A DNA stretch of 32,000 nt from an uncultured archaeon (GCA_964354495.1 CAYHAA010000002.1:180001-212000), one strand, 5' to 3'; positions 19,598 to 27,661 are shown, counted from the first letter of the stretch. Notes: generated by a model not told the origin, from the letters alone. Made by a program: numbers and translations.

Positions 19598-19616
19598 TTT
19601 TTCTCGTTCTTTTTTT
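19598..19616 (+). terminator. Archaeal oligo-T terminator candidate
   Basis: T5 (19598-19602) and T7 (19610-19616) in a pyrimidine tract 10-28 nt after the TAG of the basic micro-ORF. Confidence 0.6.
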
Positions 19617-19819
19617 GTCATTTGTGAATTGACATGATAGGGAGAGCGTCTGTCCACTAAGGTTGGACATAAGGAGTGTCAGTTATGCCACGGAAGAACA
19701 TGCATCACCGAATTCAGGTGTCATGCTGGACGTAACGAATGCTGCACTAGATGAGAAAAAGTGAGTGTTTCTTCGTCACGCTGAATATGCACTGATGCAA
19801 GTTTGAGAATTCTCATCGA

Positions 19820-21115
19820 CTAGGGATATATGCGACTGACGGTTCTAGGGAATGGAATACATTCTCGAATATGCTCTAGATTAAGCATCCATGTGATGAT
19901 TCTATCCATTCCAACACCGAAACCAGAGTGCTGTACACTGCCGTATCTTCTGATGTCAATGTACCACTTATACTTCTCTGAATCGTCACCGATTCGAAGT
20001 AGATTATCCATGAGCAGTTGAGCCTCGGTCTCTCGCTCACTTCCACCAATCACCTCTCCAAAGCCCCTTGGTCCGAGCAGGTCACTGTTCTTGTAAGTCC
20101 TGTGATCATCAGGGTTGTCTTTCATGTAGAAGGACTTGATCTCCTTAGGATAGTATTCCACGAAGAGGAAATTATCACTGTCCTTGGTCAGGAATTCCTC
20201 TGCATCACTCCGAATATCATCGCCCCATTTGATATCGATGCCGCCATTCTGGCACGCTTTGATTGCATCAGTATATGTCGTTCTGTCGAAGGGAGGGTTC
20301 ACATCAAGCAAACGTTGAGGGTCCACGCCCAGTTCCTTCAATTCCGGAAGCCTATTCTTCGCGACAGCGTGGCACATGTAGCTAATGAGTTCTTCCTGTC
20401 GCCTCATGTTACATTCATGATCACACCAGGCTTCTTCAACTTCTAGATGCCAGAACTCGGTGAGATGCTTTCTGGTTCGTGATTTCTCAGCCCGAAAAGA
20501 TGGTGCTAGAATGAACACCCTTTCCATCGCAAACAATTGAGGTTCCAGGTGCATTTGGCTGGTTTGCGTAAGGTACACCTTTCTGCCAAAGTATTCTACT
20601 TCAAATAGATCGCCTCCCTCCTCGCCCATCGTTGACACAAACATTGGACATGTAGTTTCATAGAAACCATGCTGCCGCAGATACTCCCGAGAGGCTGCAA
20701 AAACCTCATCCCTAATCTTGAATATACTTGTGAGCTTACGAGATCTCATCCATAAGTGGCGATTGTCATTCAGGAATTCGACGCTCTGATCTTCAGTAAT
20801 TGGGAATTCCTCTGCAAAGTGTAGTACATTGAAATCTTCGACTTGTACTTCAAAACCACCCTCAGCCCTTGGGTCAGCCTTGACAGTTCCGGCCAAGGTC
20901 ACAAGCGACTCTATCAGCATCCTCTCCGCGTCAGCGTAGCTCTGTTCACTGACCGCATCTTTCTTGACAACAGTCTGGACCACGCCTGAAGGGTCTCTCA
21001 AGACTACGAAGATCATTTTCTTCTGTTTGCGAATTCGATGTACCCAACCTCTGAGATGGACCTTCTTCCCATCATATCCACCTTCAAGCACATCTCTCAC
21101 ATGTACATAGCTCAC
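19820..21115 (-). CDS. asnS: Asparagine--tRNA ligase (class IIb, archaeal-type)
   Basis: OB-fold RGWVHRIR...FVVLRD, RHLWMRS, motif 2 FRAEKSRTRKHLTEFWHLE, EVIGGSERE, motif 3 RRYGSVQHSGFGVGMDR. GTG 21115 follows GGTGA; ATG 21160 is an alternative start. Confidence 0.9.
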   Translation of the reverse strand: MSYVHVRDVLEGGYDGKKVHLRGWVHRIRKQKKMIFVVLRDPSGVVQTVVKKDAVSEQSYADAERMLIESLVTLAGTVKADPRAEGGFEVQVEDFNVLHFAEEFPITEDQSVEFLNDNRHLWMRSRKLTSIFKIRDEVFAASREYLRQHGFYETTCPMFVSTMGEEGGDLFEVEYFGRKVYLTQTSQMHLEPQLFAMERVFILAPSFRAEKSRTRKHLTEFWHLEVEEAWCDHECNMRRQEELISYMCHAVAKNRLPELKELGVDPQRLLDVNPPFDRTTYTDAIKACQNGGIDIKWGDDIRSDAEEFLTKDSDNFLFVEYYPKEIKSFYMKDNPDDHRTYKNSDLLGPRGFGEVIGGSERETEAQLLMDNLLRIGDDSEKYKWYIDIRRYGSVQHSGFGVGMDRIITWMLNLEHIRECIPFPRTVSRIYP

Positions 21116-21217
21116 ATTGGTCACCACAAAGATGAATTGGGCTCCTGAAGAGCCTAGCATCTATCGCCCTTGGCTTCACGGATAAAAGGGTGACGGCTTG
21201 AGGAAACCATCATTCGT

Positions 21218-23131
21218 CTATCTGTATCTTATGAACCACACGACTGCAATGAGTGCAATGGCACCAAGAGCCACAAGACTGCCGTATATGATATATCGAG
21301 ATGTTGTTGACTGAGTCACGATGACCGTTACAGTTGATTCAGCGTAATTTCCGCCTATATCATACACCCTCAAAGTAACAGCGTGCGAGCCCTCAATGAG
21401 ACCAGAGAAGTCAAACTCAATGTTCTCAGTGATCCAGTCGTCTTCAACAACTATATCGCCATCCAGCAAAACTGTGTAGTAGTCTTTGAAATCATCTGTT
21501 GCAGTCCAGTTCTTTATGGGTACTGCATCACCTTGGGCATAGACAAAATCCGATGGTGAGTACACGATAATCGGCATGATATCGTCAGCGAGCACTGTAA
21601 CCAATACACTATGGGCTGCAGTGTTGCCACTCGTGTCGTTGGCGTAAAGTGTGAAGTTGTGAACGCCAATATCTAAGCCATTGAGACTGATTGTGATGAT
21701 TGGTTCTTCAGGGTCGATGTTGCCAGATGCAATCTCTGTATCATTATCGGTAATTCTGTATTCATTGATAAAATCGTCAGTGACATTCCAAGTCAGTGAC
21801 TTGCCAGTAAGCGTGAAATAGAACTCAATTGGGTCTGGTCCGTCAATCAAGGGCGTTACATTCTCGTATATTCGTAATGAAACGATATCTTCAGCAAAGT
21901 TGCTGTTTTGGTCATATGCTCTCAATTTGATCTGATAGAATCCAATAATGAACTCATGGAAGGCTGCAGATACGTTGTAGGTGTAATCATATGTTGAATT
22001 GACCCATGAAACAGTGCGGTTCAGTTTTCCATCAACATAAATCTTGACTTGGCCTGGGAATTCATCCTCCAAGTGCCAAGTTATGGTAACGTTCTCGGCA
22101 TTGTTTAGGATTGACAGGTTGCCAGGGCTAGTGATAATAGGTACACGAATATCACTAGCTACAGTCGTGAGGTCATAGTAATACTCTCCGAGACCTACTG
22201 GGAACCCTCCGAATGTGACAGTCCAGTTGACTTCTGCAATCGGGAGATCAACGAAGACAACGGTTCCATTAGATGGCGTTGTCTTGGTGTCGATTATTGT
22301 GCCATTCTTGTACATCAATTCAACAACTGCACCGACTATAGGCTCAAGACTTGTTTCGTAATATGCAAAGACCTCGAGGTCATACAAGTTGGGGTCACCA
22401 ATTAGAGGGCCAATGTCCTGGTAAACCAGTAGTTGTGTGCCATTCGCCTGTAACAGGCCCCAATCAAGCAAGTATCCATCATAGAGGCCGCTTAGAACTG
22501 CTAGCCTCCATATATACGAGCCATCTGGAATGTCGCTGAAGTCAGCTCTCCCACTGACAACCTCGACTTGGTCATAGATTGAATCGTTTCCGCTGTAATG
22601 AATTGAGAAATTCAAATTGTTCGCGAGAGCGCCTTCAACATCTCTGACAGTAGCATTGAGGTCATCATCGTCATTATTCCAGTCGATGTTTCCAAAGAGG
22701 ATGGTCACGCTAGCTTCAGGACCATTTGACACGATTTGACCGGTCTTATCAGGAGTCAGTATGTCTGCTATATGCGACACATTCCACTGATAGGTTCCAA
22801 AAGGTAGATTGTAGAATGTGGTGTAGCCATTCCCGTCTGTGTGCGCTTCAGCTTTGAGAGTCATGTCTGTGGCATTGAATAGACGCACCCACGCATTACT
22901 GAGAGGAACTGAACCATTCCGTACTCTGAACTGAAAATCATCATCATTGAAGGCCTGCAGTTCATTGAACACACGCACAGTCACGACGTAATTAGTCGAT
23001 GAAGGAACATAGGGAGAGTCGACTAGTGACACATTATTGAAGATGCCGCTATTGAAAGCAGCTGGAATTGCCACGTTTCCCAAAAACAACATGATGAAGA
23101 GAAGCGCAAATGCTCGGTATGATTTGGTCAT
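21218..23131 (-). CDS. Secreted, C-terminally membrane-anchored beta-sandwich repeat surface glycoprotein
   Basis: Signal-peptide-like N-terminus, three repeats of the type (A/K)xTxxNG..xFx(D/N)(L/I)Px, three Ig-like repeats (ITWHLEDEF / LTWNVTDDF / KNWTATDDF), about 20 N-x-S/T sequons, and a C-terminal TM followed by RYR. Confidence 0.8.
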   Translation of the reverse strand: MTKSYRAFALLFIMLFLGNVAIPAAFNSGIFNNVSLVDSPYVPSSTNYVVTVRVFNELQAFNDDDFQFRVRNGSVPLSNAWVRLFNATDMTLKAEAHTDGNGYTTFYNLPFGTYQWNVSHIADILTPDKTGQIVSNGPEASVTILFGNIDWNNDDDDLNATVRDVEGALANNLNFSIHYSGNDSIYDQVEVVSGRADFSDIPDGSYIWRLAVLSGLYDGYLLDWGLLQANGTQLLVYQDIGPLIGDPNLYDLEVFAYYETSLEPIVGAVVELMYKNGTIIDTKTTPSNGTVVFVDLPIAEVNWTVTFGGFPVGLGEYYYDLTTVASDIRVPIITSPGNLSILNNAENVTITWHLEDEFPGQVKIYVDGKLNRTVSWVNSTYDYTYNVSAAFHEFIIGFYQIKLRAYDQNSNFAEDIVSLRIYENVTPLIDGPDPIEFYFTLTGKSLTWNVTDDFINEYRITDNDTEIASGNIDPEEPIITISLNGLDIGVHNFTLYANDTSGNTAAHSVLVTVLADDIMPIIVYSPSDFVYAQGDAVPIKNWTATDDFKDYYTVLLDGDIVVEDDWITENIEFDFSGLIEGSHAVTLRVYDIGGNYAESTVTVIVTQSTTSRYIIYGSLVALGAIALIAVVWFIRYR

Positions 23132-23279
23132 TCAAGTCCACTCTCGATAGGGAATGAAAACAGCATATCCTTTGCCGTTTCTCTCTTAGCGGCGTCGATT
23201 TCGGATGCTGCATAAAAGGCTTACCCTAGTTCCAACACTGCACCAACTTTGCTGCACGGTAACCATTCCTGTTTGAAGA

Positions 23280-23462
23280 TCAGCCCTTCCGACGGGTTCT
23301 ATACAATCCCACAAGATTCAGAACAACTGACATACCTGTAAGAACACCAATAATGAAATCGAGAACAGGAGCATCAACTATTAGAAATCTGTCTGCCAGA
23401 ATCGCAGCTGCAAGACATATGCAGCCAGTTGGTATTAGCCATTCATCTTTGAGAAGTACCAT
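23280..23462 (-). CDS. Small two-TM membrane protein
   Basis: 60 aa, two hydrophobic helices and a basic tail (RTRRKG); GGTGA upstream of the ATG. Confidence 0.6.
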   Translation of the reverse strand: MVLLKDEWLIPTGCICLAAAILADRFLIVDAPVLDFIIGVLTGMSVVLNLVGLYRTRRKG

Positions 23463-23702
23463 GCGGAGTCACCTGACATGCCTCTGTCTTAGTACTAATA
23501 AGCGATTGTAACGAAGCAAGATTCCGCGAGCTATGTTGTTTCGTTCGGTCAGATGAAGGGTTATGCTCCAGATAGGCAGACATCATGCACTTGAATACAC
23601 TGAGAATCGAAAGCGGCGGCATTTGCCCGACCGGAATAACACCTGAGGAATTGACACGGAGCTCGTCGAGTTTCATATTCCATGAGAATCTCGTGGATGG
23701 TG

Positions 23703-24539
23703 CTATAGTCGCTTTTCAATCCATGAGAGCATGTCAGCTAGGACTTCTTCGCCTCCAGGTTCCTCAAATGGTTCATGGTAGAGACCAGGATACAGTTTCC
23801 ACGTCTTGTCTTCCGAAGAGATGTTATCAAAGAATTCCTTGTTCTTCTCAGGTATGAGAATCATGTCATCACCTGATTGCTGGACAAGCACTGGAAATCT
23901 GATTCTATTCGCGGAGGCAAAAGCAGCCTTGCTCGCCTTGAAACCTTCAATTGCATACCGAGGTGTTACCTTGTCAAACCTCAGAGGGTCTTCTCTGTTT
24001 CTTCGAACAATGTCTGGATTCTTCGAGATCAGATCGTAATTGAGTCCATTACTGATATATGTCTTGACGTTGAGTTTCGACAGAAGTGACCCGATGGCAC
24101 GCGTCGTCTTACTGACTTGGAGCCTTTCGGATACCGAGGGGCATGGCATGATAACCCCATTAATCGGAGCCTCTGGATGATTGATGACATAGTTGGCAAC
24201 ATGCAATCCGCCCATGGAATGGCCAAATAGAAACATCTTCTCATCAGGATGACCCTCCCTAAGCTGTCCGACTAAGGAGTGGATATCGTCCATATGCTCA
24301 CGGTATGTTTCGATATGTCCCTTGCGACCTGGAAACGTGCCAAAGCCTCTCATGTCAGGAGCATAGAATATGAAGCCCTTCGATGAGAACCTCTCGCCGA
24401 GAAAGGATAGAAGGCCGCTGTGAGAGCCAAGTCCATGAATCCCAAGCACTACTGCTCGGGGAGTTCCTGCTGGTTTCCACACTCTCAGCAGCATGATTGT
24501 ACCATCATGACCAGAGTAATTTTCCTCTTCGCCAGACAT
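23703..24539 (-). CDS. Alpha/beta hydrolase, lysophospholipase/monoacylglycerol lipase family
   Basis: HGLGSH oxyanion region, DMRGFG, nucleophile elbow GHSMG, acid SGDD and catalytic His in YHEPFEE. Confidence 0.88.
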   Translation of the reverse strand: MSGEEENYSGHDGTIMLLRVWKPAGTPRAVVLGIHGLGSHSGLLSFLGERFSSKGFIFYAPDMRGFGTFPGRKGHIETYREHMDDIHSLVGQLREGHPDEKMFLFGHSMGGLHVANYVINHPEAPINGVIMPCPSVSERLQVSKTTRAIGSLLSKLNVKTYISNGLNYDLISKNPDIVRRNREDPLRFDKVTPRYAIEGFKASKAAFASANRIRFPVLVQQSGDDMILIPEKNKEFFDNISSEDKTWKLYPGLYHEPFEEPGGEEVLADMLSWIEKRL

Positions 24540-24571
24540 TGAAACCACGAATTTCCTATCAGCAGCCTTGC

Positions 24572-25421
24572 CTAAGTGTCTTGCGAAGTTTTCGAAATGT
24601 GTTCAGGAATAAAGGCGAGTGGCTTCTTAGGATAATCGATGGTCAATTCGAGTTGTCGCAAGATATCGAATCCTATGATTCCGTTTTCTATCAACCGCCC
24701 CCCGTGGCGAAACAGAAGCGAGATCTACCACGGCTACTTGCCTCCTTTCTTGCACAAATGAACCCAAGGAGAAATGCTCCAAGAAAGCTAGTTCTAACTT
24801 TACGTCACCACCAATGCCGCGAGCAATACCATTGACCGGTTCTGCCTTGAGATTCAACGACTTGGCAAGATCAGGAGTGATAACGCTGCTTCCAGCTCCA
24901 GTGTCAATAACAAAATCAAATGGGCCTTGGTCGTTGATATAGACAGGTGCACGTATCAGATGGGTGCCGTCAATATACTCAAACGAGTACCAGACTTTTC
25001 CCAGTCCCCCATCATCCATCGACGAGTTACCCTTTCGCAGCTTGAGACTTTGTTTCTCGTAGTTCAGAGAGAGTCTACAACTCTTCAGGGTACTGTGACC
25101 AATCACTCCATCGTGTTTCCCGCATCCCTTCAGTGCCAAGTTCAAGTCTAGCACGTATACTTCTTCATTCTTGAATGTCATAGAACCTATGGCAATGCTA
25201 TCGACACTAGCAAACCGAGTTGGGATACCTCCGCCAACTCCCATGGCCTCTTTCTTATGACCGTCATAGGTCGGAATGCCAAGCCTCTCTGCCAATTGGC
25301 TTGAGAGAGTGGTTGTGGAAGCGCCAATGTCAAAATCAAAGGCAAACGGACCTTTTTGGTTTACATAGACTGGGACCTTCACGAGGTTTGTGTTGCTTTC
25401 AACCTGAACTTCCACTTCCAT
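24572..25421 (-). CDS. Tandem two-domain retropepsin-like aspartyl protease, frameshifted near the 3' end
   Basis: Domain 1 FDFDIGAS...DGVIGHS; domain 2 FVIDTGAG. The closing motif NGIIGFDILRQLELTIDYP appears only after removing one base from the C6 run at 24698-24703, which gives a stop at 24572. No signal peptide. Confidence 0.8.
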
Positions 25422-25453
25422 TTCGTATTGCCCCTACTGAATGATCATGGTAA

Positions 25454-26251
25454 CTATTCTGGCTTTCGTGCAGAGATGTAGGCACTGTATGATCCATATA
25501 GACTGCCACCAGCTTTCCCAGTGATTTCTACATCAACGAATCCTGCGGCTCTAATGTGGTTTAGGTATTCCTTGTCAAGTATAGCTCCGCCGATACATCC
25601 AGTATATGTGACAACCTCATCGCGTACTGTTTTTGGCAACGGTTTCGACAGAACAATATCGGATACCATTATCCTTCCGCCAGGACGTAAGACTCTATAG
25701 GCTTCTCGGAACACCTTGCTCTTATCAGGAGCCAAATTAATGACACAGTTGCTGATTATGACATCGATAGAGTCATCTTCTATGGGCATATCCTCGATGT
25801 CGCCAAATCTGAATTCGACATTCGTGATTCCAAGTTCCACAGCATTCTTCTTTGCTTTCTCGATCATGGCTGGAGTCATATCGATGCCAATCACTTTCCC
25901 TCGACTACCCACTTTCTTACTGGCAACGAACATATCAAGTCCTGCTCCACTACCTAGATCCAGAACGACTTCTCCTTCCTTTACGCTAGCTAGAGCGACT
26001 GGATTTCCACATCCAGCAAACGATTCGGTTGCCGAGATGGGCATACCCTCTGTATCATAGCCCAGGGCGTGAGCCAGATTCACGCTTGTAATAACCTTAG
26101 ATGAAGAGCCACTGCAGCAGCTTGAGGATGTTTGAATCTTAGGTTCACAGCCACATCCCACATTGATATCTGCTACTCGAGTGTATGCTTTCCGCACCTC
26201 TTCTTTGATTTCGTCAGGCTTCATTTCGCTGACTCTCTTTGATTCCTTCAT
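25454..26251 (-). CDS. arsM: Arsenite S-adenosylmethionine methyltransferase
   Basis: SAM motif VLDLGSGAG.D, GIDMTPAM; ArsM-type cysteines FAGCGNP, ISNCVINL and YTGCIGGA; Cys-rich N-terminus (GCGC, SCCS); GGTGAT SD. Confidence 0.88.
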   Translation of the reverse strand: MKESKRVSEMKPDEIKEEVRKAYTRVADINVGCGCEPKIQTSSSCCSGSSSKVITSVNLAHALGYDTEGMPISATESFAGCGNPVALASVKEGEVVLDLGSGAGLDMFVASKKVGSRGKVIGIDMTPAMIEKAKKNAVELGITNVEFRFGDIEDMPIEDDSIDVIISNCVINLAPDKSKVFREAYRVLRPGGRIMVSDIVLSKPLPKTVRDEVVTYTGCIGGAILDKEYLNHIRAAGFVDVEITGKAGGSLYGSYSAYISARKPE

Positions 26252-26413
26252 GTAATCACCATTCCTGCAAAATGATATTTCGAGTGGGAGTCATCATCAC
26301 ATTTCGGCTTTCCGGTCGATACCACCGATTTCATGCTGCACTGCGCTTCACACAGTGAAGCATTGCCATCAGCTTCTTTGTTGAGGGCCATTCAATAAGC
26401 ACCTTCGTTCATA

Positions 26414-26481
26414 TCTAATATTGGGAGTCCAATATTGGACGTCCTATATGTATATTTAAATGTATCGGATATCCAATATGT
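26414..26481. promoter_or_regulatory. Divergent arsM/PadR control region: TATA box and palindromic operator candidates
   Basis: Perfect 14-bp palindrome GTCCAATATTGGAC (26427-26440); inverted repeat AATATTGG-4-CCAATATT (26417-26436); TC(C/T)AATAT at 26414, 26428 and 26472; TTTAAA at 26455-26460, 26-31 nt before ATG 26486. Confidence 0.6.
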
Positions 26482-26485
26482 AACT

Positions 26486-26857
26486 ATGGAACGCCCCTCG
26501 GATTCTGGACTATGCTGTGCACCGGACTGCTGTGATATGAGAGGACTACTCACATTCCAGATACTCTGGGAGCTTGATAGAGAAGAGATGAATGGACAGC
26601 AGATCGCAGAGAAGATTGCGAAGAGAAGAGGAAACAAACCAACTCCAGGTACGATCTATCCTGCCCTGAAAGAGCTCAAGAAAGGGAAGTTCATCAAAGG
26701 TCGAAAAGACGGACAGACGATCATCTACTCCTTGACAGTGAAGGGGAAAGAAGGCTTAGCTGATGCTTCAAGATACTTCCTTCAGGCATTTGGGGATATC
26801 GCAGAGGATGTGAAAGTCAAGGTCGTAGTTATTAGGAGAGATGATTGCAGCTGTTAG
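26486..26857 (+). CDS. PadR-family winged-helix transcriptional regulator with Cys-rich termini
   Basis: ILWEL..EEMNGQQIA...PTPGTIYPALKEL.KG.FI.......YSLT.KG is the PadR pattern. N-terminal CCAPDCC, C-terminal CSC. The likely start is ATG 26486. Confidence 0.85.
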   Translation: MERPSDSGLCCAPDCCDMRGLLTFQILWELDREEMNGQQIAEKIAKRRGNKPTPGTIYPALKELKKGKFIKGRKDGQTIIYSLTVKGKEGLADASRYFLQAFGDIAEDVKVKVVVIRRDDCSC

Positions 26858-26926
26858 GTATTGACCCTCAAAGTGTACGTCAAGCTTAAATGTCGTCATA
26901 GATAGAATCGTCGAATCTTTATTTGG

Positions 26927-26933
26927 TATATAA
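26927..26933 (+). promoter_or_regulatory. TATA box candidate of tbp
   Basis: TATATAA lies 26-32 nt upstream of ATG 26959, the spacing expected for a leaderless archaeal transcript. Confidence 0.55.
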
Positions 26934-26958
26934 GGACAGAGAGAGCAAGAGAGAGCAG

Positions 26959-27569
26959 ATGCCCCGCCCAAAGCCAATAGCAAAGATCGAGAATGTCGTA
27001 GCTTCAGTCATTCTCAATCAACGACTAGACCTAGACGAAATTGCGGCCACAATGCCAGTGTTGAATTTGATCCCGAACAATTCCCAGGTCTTGTCTACCG
27101 CTTGAATTCACCTAAGACTGCGACTCTGATTTTCAATTCAGGCAAGATGGTATGTACAGGTGCTAAGAGCGAGAAGGAATCCAGGCGAGCAGTCCACAAG
27201 ATTGTCAAGAACATCAAAGAGGCAGGCAAAGAAATAACGGGCCGACCTGCCATAACAGTTCAGAACATCGTCGCAAGTGCTAGCCTTGGAGCAGAACTGA
27301 ACCTTGAGCTTGCCGCCATGAAGCTGGAGAATACGCTCTATGAGCCAGAGCAATTTCCTGGCCTAATCTATAGAATGCGAGACCCGACAGTTGTCATACT
27401 TCTCTTTGGTTCGGGCAAGCTTGTCATCACAGGTGCGAAGTTCGAGCCGCAAATCGACGAGGCTGCCTTAAAGGTAATGAATCGTCTTCTGGAACTTGGA
27501 GTCATGAGAGTCCCTGACGGGGAGGATTGGGGGCAAGGCAAGTCTGGAAACGAGAACGAAGATTGGTGA
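26959..27569 (+). CDS. tbp: TATA-box-binding protein, split by a one-base deletion near 27057
   Basis: Frame A gives IENVVASV.L...LDLDEIA; the -1 frame continues VEFDPEQFPGLVYRL..PKTATLIFNSGKMVCTGAK; repeat 2 is QNIVASA...YEPEQFPGLIYRM.DP.VVILLFGSGKLVITGAK. Joined length is 203 aa. Confidence 0.93.
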
Positions 27570-27661
27570 GTGCTCGGAAACGTCGTATGGTTCTCATAGC
27601 TGATTGGTCAAGCCAAGGACTCCATGCCCCGGGTCCAATGGTGTCGTTTCCATTTATCCGA

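Noticed and set aside
19424-19657. 77-aa minus-strand ORF
   Set aside because: Antisense to the Lys-rich micro-ORF; its Phe/Leu/Ser bias simply mirrors AAG/AAA codons.
24497-25444. Plus-strand ORFs 24497-24835, 24927-25151 and 25220-25444
   Set aside because: Antisense shadows of the aspartyl protease gene.
25454-26251. Selenocysteine-containing ArsM
   Set aside because: The ORF has no internal TGA, all expected positions are Cys, and the stop is TAG.
26923-27105. 60-aa stand-alone ORF before the 155-aa TBP ORF
   Set aside because: It is the N-terminal part of the frameshifted tbp, not a separate gene.
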